NCBI GenBank assembly: GCA_008632985.1
Contig: QPGO01000283.1
Span: 1 to 64,000 of the forward strand
Direction: 5' to 3'
Length of the DNA stretch: 64,000 nucleotides
Source of the DNA: Psammoneis japonica
Lineage: Eukaryota
A program made the translations under genes and the position numbers. This document shows, piece after piece, positions 49,200-62,773 of this stretch. Position 1 is the first letter of the stretch. Each line of letters opens with the position of its first letter. The notes beneath the pieces were generated by a model, which was not told the DNA's origin, did not search any database, and worked only from the letters and a program-made list of their open reading frames with translations.

Positions 49200-50295
49200 T
49201 GACAGGATTTAAACAAGATTTTAGTTTGTCACACACACTCACATGTGCTCTCAGTTCTGCACACGACGTGTGATGCAGTTTGCTTTTGAGCCACTTGGCT
49301 CACAAGAATGACAACAGCAGCACCAATGTCACAACACCAGTCTTTCAGCTCCTGTGGTGGCATCTGCATGGATGCTCATCTGCTGTTTAGACAGCAGCAA
49401 GGAGTCAATGTTTTCTTCCACCCAGTCATCTTCATTTTCTGTCAGATGGACAGTCTCTTTCATTTTCATCCATTGTTGGGCATTCATCATCATTTTGACA
49501 ATGCGCATTGTTGTTGGTGGAAGCATGTGCCTGCCTTCCTCACTGCTGCATGTTGGATTAGATCAGTGCATTTTGATTCATTCACGGATTGTTGTCACCG
49601 GATGTGTTTGTTCAACGGATGTTCATTTGGTCAGGAATTCTCACATTCTCCTGCACTTGAGATTCTAAATTCCCTGCAGCAGATTCTACCCTCATTGGCA
49701 GACAGACCACAATCCATCCTCACACATTCACACACACAGGATGCATTCCAACTGCCATGACCACTGCCCCATGTCTGCCCCGGACTGCTGGTTTTCTGCA
49801 GCTCTGCAAGGTCCACAAGGATGACTGTGAGAGGAAGCAGTTTGTGATTGCAGCCTGCATTGGGGCAAGGATGCCTTTCCCATGTTTGTTCATCCCTCCA
49901 CAGTGCCTGTTTGGACGGCCTGATCAGGTCATCCAACCAATGCAAAATGGGAACAGTTTTGGGGGATTTGTCCACCTCCAGTTGGCTTGTCAGCAAGGGC
50001 ATTTAACCCATTGCTCCGCTCTCAAGCAACCCAAGGCATCACCAGCCAATCACCAGCCAAGGGTTTGGACATGCTGGCACAACTCTGTGGAATGGTGGAT
50101 GGGAAACTCAGCACTTGACTGTGAATGGGACAGCACAACCTGTCAGCTTCTGATTTGTGACACAGTTCAAGTTTCAAGTTAATTCAAGTTCAACCTCTGG
50201 CCCAAGTTCCAACACTCTCCTCAGTTGCACCATGGTCCTCACCTGACAGCAACAAACCAATGGCTTTGAGCACATCTTGGGCACTGTTCTGAACA
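49200..50295 (+). mobile_element. Old 3'-truncated Copia related to 23106-30217 (LTR 49200-49444, 5' UTR, start of gag)
   Basis: tgacaggattt...ttttctgtca LTR, decayed PBS gatggacagtc, UTR homologous to 23384-24322, and atggtcctcacctgacagcaacaaacc matching gag MVLTRQQQT. Confidence 0.85.
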
Positions 50296-50699
50296 TCAGG
50301 GGCCCAAATTAATGAATCCTTGCTTCTGCAGCCAACCTGATTTGTGACTTAATCAGTCAGATTTGCCATGAATCACATGAATTTATGACAAACTCATGTG
50401 ATTGTAAACAAACAAATGTCCTGCACCTTCAACAAACATCCGGTGGATTGAATCAGTGACATGCAACACAACAAGTTCATTGTCCAACCCAACAAGTTCA
50501 TTGTGCCACCCAATGAGTTTGCTGCTGTCCAACAATTTGACACAAACAAAACATTACATTTGACGACAATTGACAACTGACTGACAATGGATGTGTTGAC
50601 TTGTTTCCCAAATGACCATTTTGCAAGGATGCCATTCAATTTGCTTGCCAATCGGAGTGCTGTAATTCAATCTGTCAATTTATGCTCACTCTACATTGT

Positions 50700-52100
50700 C
50701 ACTTGAAATTGTGCGAATGTTGCATCTGATCAATTGTCTGCCAAACAGGCATCAACTCCAGTTTGCATGTCTCCGTGCAGTCCACCATGTGGTCAGAGTC
50801 GTTCTCCTGCTCCCCTTTCCTGTCACACTTGGCCCTTGTCATCCTGCACATCTCTTCCCATTTGCCCAGTCGCTCATCCCAGATGTCTTGCTTGATTTCC
50901 CTCACCATTTTCTCAAAGAACTTGTTTGCCCTCGGCAACCATCCTTTGCTCTTCCTGGGCATCTTGCATCATCTCCTCAAAGTGCCTTCTTTCTCTCCTC
51001 TCTTGGCATCTTCCACCATGAAGTGCTTCAGGCATCTCATGTGTTTTCTCTTCTTAGCACCAAACTCCCTGTCTGGAAGGTTCTTGTGGCCCTCCAGCTC
51101 TGTGGTGACCTCTGTCAAAACAGACAACTGGTCCTGTGTCATTTTCTCCACTCTCACCTTCTTGATGCATTTGTTGCAGTTGTTGATCAACTTCTCCCCC
51201 ACCTCCTTGAACTCGTTCACCAACTCATCAACCGTTCCTTGCTCTGTGGTCTCTTCAGGGTCTTTCTCCAAAATGGTGAATGTGCTTGATGCATTTTCTT
51301 CATCCTTCCACTTGGCAATGGCAATGTCTGGCAGCATGGTTTCACACAAGTCTCCCCTTCCAGTTGGGTTTCCTGGGTCGTCAACATCCACACAGCAGTC
51401 CATCATCAAATGGCTCCCCTTGTTGTTGCTCTTGTGGTGCTCTGTAATCCACACAACACAACTGTTCTTGAGGAGCATGTGGGCGAATGCCTCGGCACAC
51501 GATGTGCCCAACCTTTTGTTTTTGGACAGGCTCTTCTTCCAATGAATTTCTCCAATGACAGGTTTCAACAAGCAGTCATAGAACCCTGTCTGCAATGCAG
51601 GATTCAACAATTGCTCCTGGAATCGTTCTGGCGATGGCAAGATGCAACTGTGCTTGTTGCAGTGTGCACAAAGGGCTGTGTCAGTGTGTACAAAGGGCTG
51701 CGTGTCATGAGCAACAACACCACACTGATGTCAACATTTTGTTCCCTCATCCATGACAATCCTCCGTGACAACACTTGCCGTGAAGCTTGTCTTGCTGTG
51801 CTTGACATGCATTCAACCACTTCATCATCAGCCAATCATGGTGCGTTCTGCTTTCTTTCATTTTCATCCACAGGAAATGCAGGTGTGTCTTCTGCTCTGC
51901 CTCTGGCAGCTCTGAAAGCATTCTGTCCATTGGCGTTGGTCCACAATTCTGGGCGCAGTCTCTGTAAAGCATTCCAGTTTCCTCTGGCTGTTCTGCATCA
52001 AACACGAATGTGATGCTAAGACCTTTTCTTTGACATGTTCTCTCACCTTGACTGTGTCTTTGCCCACCTTCTCCTTGTCATCCCCCTCCACTCAGCTGGA
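50700..52100 (-). pseudogene. Accessory ORF divergent from the Plavaka-like transposase
   Basis: FYDCLLKPVIGEIHWKK...AEAFAHMLLKNSCVVW and KGWLPRANKFF. Fragmented. Confidence 0.5.
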
Positions 52101-52699
52101 TTGATCGGCCTTTGCACCATGGTTGCCATGATGTCTCCAGATGTTGTGTGTGTCATTGCTTTCCAGTGCTTGTCTCAGAGTGTGGTGCTGTTGATTGTGT
52201 GCACATTCCTTCCCAAGGTGGTTTGCCATTGCAATCTGGATTTCCTTGCATTTGCGAATCTCACACTCCAAACATTAGATCAGCATTGATTTCACAGTTT
52301 GCATCATGTTCACTCATGCAATTCGAATTTACTCACCTGAGTTTCAAAATCAATGCAATGTCCTGTGACTGGATGACTGAATGTGCGATTTTTCCAGTTC
52401 CATTTCCCATTTGTCTGACATTTGTGTCTGTCCAGCTGCAAGGCACGACGTGCTTTCTCAATCAATGCCCACACATTTTCAACAATCCGATTTGAAAATC
52501 AATTGGTTCATTCGATTCCAACAATTTTCTTCCTGTCAGCATCTGTCTTGGCAACCCCCCCTGAAATTTGACCCTTTGCCCATGACTTGTCACCACCATT
52601 GCTGCCACAAGCCCCACCGAATCAGTCGTGTTGATGCTCCGGCCAGTGATTTGGGCACATTGTCCCAAGCTGCTGCATTGCTCCTTTGTCAATGACGTG

Positions 52700-55600
52700 A
52701 TGATGAGTCCATGGTGTTGTCCTCCTCCCAACATGTCTCTGACTCCGCTGGATCATCTACAAATGCACTGGACCATTCCGACACCAGTTCCTTCACTGCC
52801 TCTCTGTCTGTTTCCTCCCAGTCATCCAGTGGCACAATGTCAGGATCTGATCTTGACTTTGAGAACAGAGGGTTTGATGACAACGATGATGATGCATCGG
52901 ATGCCAATGGATCTCTTTCTGACAATGAAGATGACAAGGAGGATCTGTGTCTGTTCAAGATGTTTCCCGGCACCAACCCCACTCACAATGGTGGGGTCGA
53001 TGAAGAGGACACTTTGCCAGCAGAATCGTCTAATGTTGGTGATCAAGAATTTTTTTCCCCATTCTGGTGCAGCTTTACATTGGCTGAGGAAGCTTCTCTT
53101 GAGCTGATCACACTGTGCAACAACTCCAGTGCAACCCAAGGCTTTCACAATTCACTGCTCACCCTGCTGTGATGGCTTCACAAGAAAAAGAATTTTGATG
53201 CATCCAAGGCTCTTTGCCATGAAAATTTTAGTCAAAACCCTGCAAACCAAGGTGCACATGCCCAAGTCAGACACACGTCTCATTTCTGGGTGCCAAGCAC
53301 TTGTTTCCGAATGCTGGACTTGCTGAGGGACTTGCTGACCCACTCTCATTTTGAAGATCACCACAATCTCAATCATTCCAAGAATGTTTCCGCAAGTTTG
53401 TCCCTGTTGACAACTCCAACCTTGGTGAAATTGTTTGCAACAAATGGTGCTCTGACACATGCAACAATCTCCCCAATGATTTTGATCCAGAGAAGGACCT
53501 CCTTCTTCCAATCAGCTTGCACGCAGACCAAACAGGCACCAATGCCTGTCAATGACATCCACTTGAACCCTGGCTGTTTTGCATCCTCATTGTGAAGAGA
53601 AAAGCTCGCAAACACTCACATGCTTGGCATCACCTGGGTTTCACACCCAGCACAGATGAAGGAGGTTCATCTGGTGGCACTGATGAAAACGGCAACTCCG
53701 CAGAGGACAATGCATCACCACGTGCTGATTCATCCAGCAATGTGCAGGCCTGCCATGACATGCTTTCTTTTTTTTGGAGGACTTGAAGGATCTGGAGAAG
53801 AAACCACCCAGGATGATGGTGAATCTGGGTGGGCAACATTGGCTAATGTGCATCCTCCTCATGCAGGGCCCAATCTTTGGACCAGAAATCACAGGACTGC
53901 ACATGCTGTTGAAAAGCCACCAATGGAGGTGGTGCTGGCAGGGTTCATCAACTGTGCATGTGTTTGTCTACAAACACATCCAACACCTTCCTCCCCACAC
54001 AAGAAAATGGACTGTCTTGCACTCCAATAAATGTGAAGAGACAGTGTCTCATCTAAACCAAATTGCCCTTGGATTTCATGTTGCATCTGTTGAGGAAATC
54101 AACTCCAATGGACGCATGGAGGATTTCCTGAAATGGCAGCACAAGCCAGCCGTGGCACTGCTTGCCAGACCTTGCACAATGCACCCAACAAGAAATGCCT
54201 TTGTGAAGCCATTGATTTTGGGAGCAACCTGTGGGGTGTGTTTCCCACTGCTGCCGATGACCACCTGCACTCTTGGGAGGCCGGCAGCAGAGAGAATGCA
54301 GCCACTGTGTTTTATCATGGTTTGACACCTAAAGAAAAAGAGAGTTTCAAAAAGGAGTTGGTGTCAGCAGTGGGGTCCACCAGGTCAAGTGCATTCAGGA
54401 ACTGTCCAAAAGGACGTCTGAGCTCTGGTTTCACCAGGAGGACTCTCATGACTCACTCAGAAAATGTTGGCACCTTGTTTTGTCTCAGTGTGGCAATGCA
54501 ACATAGATCCACTCATGACACAATGGAAAAAGCTCATGAATGACAGAAAAAGAAATGCACTGCCTTTCCATCTGCTTCAAAGATGGCAAGTTTGTTGCAA
54601 AAGGGGAAACAGAGTGCTCTAGCTGAAAAGGGGAAACAGAGTGCTCCAGCTGGCAGCAGTCACTTGGAAAACACCAATTCCAGGAAAACAACTTCCCATT
54701 GAACAGCTTTGAACAGGCATGGACAGAAGAGGAAAAGACATTCCAACACATTGCAAGGTGGATCATTGGCAGGCAGATGCTTCTCAAAATGACAAAGCTG
54801 TTTCCCAAAGTGACGACCCTGCTTCTCAAAATAACAACACAGCTTTGACACCCAGCACCTTTCCTTTCAGGAAAAATTTACACACTGTGCCACAGACCAT
54901 GACACAAGTGATGCATTCAACAGAAAACCTGCTGCCGTGCAATTTGTCATCAAGCAACTCAAGCTGCATGGCTTCGCCTTTTTGTTGCAAGATGATTTTG
55001 ATGATTTCCAAATGGACCAGCTCTTCGTGGAATCTTGGAAGACAATGAAGGCCACACATGGCAAGCATTCTGTCTCCTGCCCCTCACACCAATCTGTCAA
55101 ATCCCTCAAGTGTCCAATCCTTCTGGACCGGTGCCAAGGCCCACTAAATGAAGAGTTTGAGACTGATGTTGAGAAGTGTGTGGAATGCAGGTTGAGAAAA
55201 AATGTTGCAAAGAAGAAGGTTGATTTGCCTCCTCCCTCTTCTGTGAATGTCATGGAGGAAGACACCAACCACCCACACCAGTTTTCTCACCCAATGCACA
55301 ATTGTTTGGAGAAGCATCATCACAAAAAGCCACAGATGAAGGGCAATGGGCACACCGGATCAACACTTTCCAACATGTCCACACCTTTGCTTCCTTCCTT
55401 GAACACATTCTCTGTTGTCATGCGCATTGTCACTGTTCCCACTTGCTTCCCAAGGAAATGCAGACAGACAACAAAGCCCTTGCATTTGGGGCAAAGAGGG
55501 TCATGGTGTGCATGGACACAATGATTTATTGTGGCGACTCTGCCATTGACAATGACACAGGGAAAAATCATTCACAGCTTCACACACTGTTAAATTGATT

Positions 55601-56525
55601 GTTTGTGGGTGAGCCAATGCAAATGTGCACGTCAACGGGTGAGAGGCTTTTGAAAACAAAAGCCAAAAAAATGTTAAAGACAGCCCAGAAGCAAGGAGAG
55701 GAAACCTTTGTGCACCAAACTTGTGAAAGGGTGTGTGTGAGTCCATGCTCTTTGATCATCATGTTGACACCCTGGACAGCACAAGCACAGGTGATGCGAG
55801 TGATGACATGGACAACTCCTCTGCAATGCTGGCCACGACCACCACACAAAAGATGCCTCATTTTGTGTTTGAACAGGATCAATTTGACAATGTCCTGTCA
55901 ATGGATTGTTTTGGAAAGATGCACAAACCAAACAAAGAATCCGGCAAACCATGCAGGGCTTTCATTAAAGCAGTGCAAGAATTGGAGCCAAACCAGAGTC
56001 AATTCGAAACATGGAAGAAAGTGAAGCTCTCTGATGGGGAACATGTGTGTGCCCATCCACAACACGGCTCCAAGGAGGGCACCTCGTGTGATTGGGCAGC
56101 TGTTGACTTTGACATGGACAACGACTCAAACGAGACATGCCCAGCGAGAGTTGTTGGCCTTTACAAGGACAATGCAGGCACTGTGAAGGCCGTTGTCCAT
56201 TCAGCTGATTGCAAGCATGCAAGTCCACCTGCAGAGACACCAGGCTGTTCATGCATTGCCAACAAGAATTCCAAAGCAACGACAAGCCCTCCATGAGAAA
56301 CGTTCCTGTCTCATCTGTAGAAAGCGTGGATGCCTGTGCTTCCAAATGAAACACCACAAAGACCCAGTCCCACCTCAGATGTTGTCAGCCAACGCAAGGA
56401 AAGCACACACCATCATGGCAGTTTGTCCCAGAGTGGAGTGGGCTGAGACATTTGTCCAATGGACAAGGGAGATGATGATGCAAGAGGCCACCAAGACCAA
56501 CTCAGCACACAGGTGCAGATTTTAG
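52700..56525 (+). pseudogene. Plavaka-like (CACTA-related) DNA transposase, heavily decayed
   Basis: Fragments read by eye: DPEKDLLLPISLHADQTGT...HPLEPWLF...RKARKHSHAWHHLGFTP, VQACHDML, DQKSQD, DDHLHSWEAG, and C-terminal AHPQH...CDWAAVDF...CPARVVG. Termini not found. Confidence 0.65.
54599..54652. repeat. 27-bp tandem duplication
   Basis: aaaaggggaaacagagtgctc(t/c)agctg occurs twice. Confidence 0.85.
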
Positions 56526-57521
56526 GTGTGACAGGAGGCAGCTCCTAAACAACAGTTAAAGAACTGTTGGTCAGAGATGTGGCTGCGCAATTTTGACACA
56601 ACCATCACAGATTTCCATGCGTCTTGCTCATCATGCAGAATGACAAAACCAGGGCACCAATGCATTGTCCAATCAGCATGAATTGACATCAGAATGCCCA
56701 CCACCCCCCGTTTTGGCAAGGAAATTGTGGATTCCTTGGGAACAATCAGTGGCAAGTTGTTGAGAACATCCAGCTGGTTGCAATTTTCAAGATGCTGCCA
56801 CACCATTTTAAAGTTTCCACACAACAACAGGCACATGATGAAGTGGGTGTGTTTGCATGTTGGATGCAAATTGCTTCTGTATTGCCTCAATTTGAAATGC
56901 TGCTGCAGCTTCCCATCCACCTTTGGTGCATCAATGGTGTTGAATGGCCGATGGCTTTGATGGTGCAGTTGTCCATCCTCTCCTTGAAAAAAAAGTCTTT
57001 GATGTCCAGCTCCATGTGCCAGCCTTCTGCTTTCTTGAACAGGTGGGCATTGATGAAGCAGCAGCAGCAAGTCATTGTGGCTTGCATGCTGGGAACATCT
57101 CCTCAAATGCATTGCCCCAGGCAATCAGCCAGGCCAATGCAGTGTCAGCACATTTGTTGGCTTGGACCAATGCAACGGCAATTGATGCAGTTCCCCTTGG
57201 TTGGCAAAAGAGTGTCAATTTTATTTTGTGTCATTCCAAAGTTGCTCAAAAGGCAAATTATGTTCTTTTGCAAAAGTGCCACTTGTCATTCTGCAGCACT
57301 TGCCTCACCTCCATCAGCTGTGCAAGTGTGCAATCCTCAACAGGATTGGGAAACCACAGTGGAAAATCAACACCATCTGACATGGTGATCACGGAACTTT
57401 GACTGGGGGAACAGATTTGGGAAAATGAACGACAGAAACCCAGCGACACATGTCAACCATTTGCTTGGTCGTGCATTGTTGCTCTGGAATTGTTCGACCA
57501 ATCCGAGTGAGCAATTGTCAA

Positions 57522-60500
57522 TGACAGAAATTGAAAATGACTGGGTGGAAGAAAACAATGACTCCTGACTGCTGTCTAAACAGCAGATGAGTCTACGTGC
57601 AGAGACCATCACAGGAGCCGAAAGACTGGTGTTGTGATGTTGGCACTGCTGTCATTGTTCTTTTGAGCTGAGTGGCTTGAAAGCAATGTGCATCATGCAC
57701 ATCACATGCGGAACTAAGAGGACATGCAATTGTGTGTGACAAACTAAAATCTTGTTCAAATCCTGTCACTTCCCAGTTTGATTGAGGAGTCCACAGCAAC
57801 AGATTCAAAATTGGATTGATCAAAGGCCTCGGGATCAAAGTTCCAAAACACAAGAGGATGGAGGAGGTTCCAAACCTGGGAGCAACCCCAGTGTTTGCTG
57901 AGGATGTCAGCATGATTGCGGGAACCTTCAATGAAGTGGAACTCAAAGAAACCAGAGGCAATTGCCTCATGCACATGATGGAACAAGAGGACAGTGTGTT
58001 GCTTGTGTAACTTGGAGTGTGGCATGGGGCACTGTCCACAACCAACTTGTTGTCCCCAAACATGCAACAGGTGTCACAGATTGGGACACCAAGGCAATGC
58101 AATGCAGTGCACAGATCAATGATCTGTTCAATGCTTGTCCTTGCAACAACAAACTCAAATCCATGCATCACAGTCTTGACTGTTGCTGGTTTCTTGGAGA
58201 ATCAATCAGCCAAGAACTTGTTGAGGAAATGAGTGATGCCCGTGACTGAGCATCCGGTGAGCATGCAATGGAGAAAGTTTGCATCAACATGATGGGTTGT
58301 GGTGATGAACTTGCCAAGTGGCTTGGGCGCATCTTGTGGGAGCAGCTCTTCTGCCTCCCCACACACAGATTGGGCCCAGTTGTGCATGGGCTTGGGGAGG
58401 TCCAAACTGTTGGGTTCCTTCATGCACACTTGGAGGGCACCATGTGGCAATGGACAAGAATCCACACACATGTTTGGCATGGTCCAGGTGGCCTTGATGG
58501 GGTGTGGCATGGAAACTGCACAGGGACATTACGGCTGCAGCAACATCAATGTGACTGAGGGACACAGCCCATTGCAGGGAACCAATCAGGGATTGGAGTT
58601 GGTGGATGCCATCAGCTCTAAGTAATTCAGAGGTGATGAGCTCAGGGTGGTCTCCCTTCTCAAGAGGGGAAAGCACGCACAGTTGTTGACCATGTGCTCA
58701 ATGCAATTGCAAGGAGCAAGGCACAGGGTGCCATTGGAATCATGGGTGAAGTTGCAACCAAGGTGGAACTCCAGTGGTCTAGTGCCCTTGAGCTTGAACT
58801 TGCATTTCTCTGTGAGAGTGTCTGCAAAAGCTTGGGGGTCCTTCATGGCAAAGGCCAGGTCGTCCACATGCACTGCCATGTGTTTGCAGTGGTCACCATC
58901 CAGATGTCGGGTTTGGCATGGCATGGGGAGAAACCTTCTGCATGCAAACAATTGGCAAAGCATTCATGCCACCTGAGGCCAGAGCTGTGGAATCCATGTG
59001 ACGCCTTGTGGATGAAAAGGATGTGTCCTTCCAGCTTGCCACATTTGGGGCCTGCCACAATGTGCAGTTTCTCCTTGGTCGTGGCTTCAAGACAGGCATT
59101 CCCAATGTCGGTCAACCAAGTCTCTAGTTCATTGAGTTTGGCCAGGAAGGTCATCAACCAAAGGCCGCAGAGGGACACTGCTCCAGAGCAGACACTGTCA
59201 ATGGGTGTGTCTGTGAGGTGTCCATCAGCAACAAGTCGTGCTTTGTGCCTTCCATCATGTTTGATGTCACAGACAAGATCCACCCTAATCTTCTTGTGTC
59301 CTGCTGGGGCACTGGAGTCCTTGCAGTGTCTGCAATCATGAAAGACCTCACACTCACCAAGCTGAGTCATCTCAAGGTCCATTGCATCTCCCCACTTGTG
59401 GTTGCCATTGCGCTCCTCAAGGGCCAAGGCATGCTTGCAATCCTGGGGCACTTCACACCCATGCTTGCATCGTGATGCAGTGCAGAACGAGCACAGCTTG
59501 GCTTGGTTGGCTGTGCAGAATGGCTTTTTCTGGTGCAGAGCCACACTTTGGAAGCATTTTCATCCATCAGTTTTGAGCAAACCATGCTCACATGCATGGA
59601 TGGCACAAGTGATGGATTGTCTTTGGCAATGATGGCAAGAGGTTCCAACGTGATCTTCCCATTCTCCCATTCAAGCATGATGTTGTAGCTTGAGCCTTTC
59701 CAGGAGGGGTGATGAGGTCTCAATGGTCCTTTGTGTGAGACGATGTGTCAGAACTTCCAGAGAGCAGAGTCCTTGTCTTCCTGCTCAATGTGGTGCATGA
59801 TGTCATTGCAGGCAAGGATTTCCTCACATTCATCATTGTCAATGGTGCAAATGAATTTGACTGGTTCTGGGTTGTTGCCAATTTCCCAGTCATGGTCTTC
59901 AACAGCCTTGATGATGCGGGCTCTGCAGTGTTGTCCGTCTTCTTGTGGCTTCAAGAGGAAGGTGCATCCAATGATGTCCTCGGGGTCAAAGACCGGCATT
60001 TTGGGCATCCTGATCACCTCCACATCTGGTGAATCTGGTGAATCCTTGGAGTCTTGTTGAGTTTTGATGATGGGTTTGGCAAATTTTTCATCGGGAGGGT
60101 CAAGATGCAGGTTGGAAGCAGACGGGTCATGGGCGGAATGCACGTTGGAGTGGCAAAGAATCTTCTGAGCATTGTCAGAAAGAATTTTGAACGTCATTTG
60201 ATGACCCACCGGTTCAGCAATGCCGATGAAGGGACCACACAACTTGCGGGATTCAGACGGCCAGTCAGAATCATCAAGGTGGTGGCACACAGGTTCCCAC
60301 GATTAAAAGCGGAGGAGGGGGCTGATGTCGGGGGTGGATCTGGACAGCACTTTGGTGGGAGCATGCCAGTGAAGCTTGGCAGATGCTGCATGGTCAAGCA
60401 CAAAGCACATGCACATGAGGGCCACAAGCCAGGTGCAGGCCGGGGATCCAAGCAATCCATGATGGTGTTGGCCATGTTCTTCACAGTTTGGTGGCAGCGC

Positions 60501-62773
60501 TCAGCAAAATTCTGGTGTTGTTGGTGGGGCTGGCTTTGCTGACTGGAGATGAAGAGGGCACGAAGGATGCTGAGAACCTTGTCACTGATCTCAACCTGAG
60601 CACGGTCACTGATGAGCTTGGACGGAGCACCACGGTTGTGAATGTTGTCTTTGAGCATGTTGATGAATTCCTTGTCAGTCTTGGTGCTGCACACATCCAT
60701 GATGTTGGATTCCATGCCAAGGAAGAGCTGAGTGCTGACACATCTAGAGTCAATGGCAGGGGTGTCAAAGTGCACCACATCAGTGGCAACGGGTTCATTA
60801 CGTTGGTGGACATTGAGAGCCGGGTTGGGCAACTTGCATGCCTTTTTCAGGTGCATGCTGATGGGCATGTGAGCATGCTGTGTCATGCAATCAAAAGTCC
60901 TGCAAACAGTGTCCTTTGGGAGGAAGCCATGGCAGTGGCGGAGGGACTCACAATGGTTGGGATCCTTGGGGTTGATCTCACTCTCATGGCAATCATAGAA
61001 AAAATCAGATGTTGGGATGATGTGGTCATCAAGGATGGAGTTCACAAGCATGGCATTGTGGATGACATGTTGGTGGCGATGGTTGCCAAACTCATCAAAG
61101 AGGTTGGTGGTTGGGTTGTCTTTGAGGTCTGACATGGTGCCATGCCACGTCTCATTGTCTGTGAACTGTTGGTCGAGGATGGATGGGTCCCAGGTGTCAT
61201 CACCAGTGAGGATGACATCAGGCAGAGTGTCCCATTCCGCATTGGTGTGCAGTCATGTTGCAATGTGTGGCAGGCTGCCTTTGATGTCAATGGGGATGAC
61301 GTGCCTGTCAATGGTGGTGATGTGCTGCAGACCATTGGGGACCTTGATCGACCGATCGTTGATGTCATGTTTGCACAACTTGAGTTGGCCGCACAAGTGC
61401 ATGGTCTTGCCCTTTCCAGTGCAGGTGCACCAGTGAAGGATGGCAACAATGGGTCCACATTGTGTGTGGATTGCACCACAGGCAGTGACAATGGGAATGT
61501 TGACAAGCTGATGGTTGTCCATGTGTCAACCTGGTGATCAGTGTGGGTGATGACATGAACATCATCACCAGCGATGCCACAATTTGTGCCAAGATCTATG
61601 AGAGCACCCTTGTGAGTTGAGTTGTGTGTTGAGGCGGAGTCCACAACATTGTGGTCATTGGCACAACGGCAAGTGTGACTGTTGATCTCAATGTTGGTGG
61701 CAGCATCACAGGAGAATGTTGATCCAGGGAGTTTGTCACTAGAGCGGGCCAAGGGTGGCCTGTTGGGTGCAAGGAGATGTTGCAAGTCACTGGGTGACAG
61801 AGGCTTGTGCTTGGTGAGGTGCACCAGGATGGGGTTAGCATCAGTTGCATCGGCTGCAGTGTCAGGTGGTTTGGGGGCCGACGCAAGATCATGGGCATTG
61901 GCAAACAAGTTGACATTGCCATTGCTGCCCAGATGGAAGGGTCATGCAGGTTCACAGCCATTGAGTCATGGCAGTTGCTGGCACGGGCAGTGCGCAAGCC
62001 AAGGATGATGGCCTTGGTGGACTGAGGCAAGGTGTCCCAGATGCGCTGGTGATCTGGTGGATTGCAATGCCATTGTTCCCTGGTGAGGGAGGAGGCACCA
62101 CGAGTCTGTGCAACATGAGCCTGGATGACATCAATGTCACTGTCAATGTCGAAGAACACATCATCATCAGGGTCATCGGGGGCCAGGTCATGGGCACTGA
62201 CAGTGTGGCACAGAGTGCATGAGGCCGTCTTGGGGATGAACGTGCTGTCCTGCTGTGCTGCCATGGAAAGCAGGAGCCCACAACATTGCTCATGTGAAAG
62301 GCTTGTGCCATTCAGTGTGCAATGCTGATTGGCTTGGTTCCACATCTGAATGGAGTTTGTTGCCAGGGTGAATGGCATTCTCATGCATGACACGTTTCTG
62401 GCCAGCAGAGAAGCAGTCTGCAGTCAGGATCAGAGCTTTGCACTTGCAAAGTTGGTCATGCCAGTGAAGTGTGAAGGCATGGGTGGTGTCTTTCCAGGTG
62501 CCATCACCAAGGCGAGCAGTGCTGAGATGTGCAACAAGGGTCGATGACTCCAGGATGCACAGGCAGATGCAAGGGCACACTTGGACAGTTCACGGTGCAC
62601 TGCTTGAGCATCAGACATGTTCACAAATGAGAGCCTTGCCCTTGTCATTTTGCAAGATGTGCTCAAACACAGCAAACATGCATTTCTGTTGTTCAGCAAA
62701 CAGGGCTTTGTCCTCAGCCACAGAGGGCTTGCATGTCAGATCAAGGATGCGGTCAATGTCCTGAGAGTGGGCC
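57522..62773 (-). mobile_element. Old, heavily decayed Copia of the same lineage as 23106-30217, interrupted in gag by a younger relative
   Basis: 3' LTR at 57522-57768 (most similar to 49200-49444) with adjacent PPT. Minus-strand KHDGRHKARLV, KLISDRAQVE and ARLGDGTWK are colinear with 24900-29900. Confidence 0.92.

Noticed and set aside
56522..57400. Possible Copia RT fragment (ELDIKDFF)
   Set aside because: One short motif without neighbouring RT motifs, so left unassigned.
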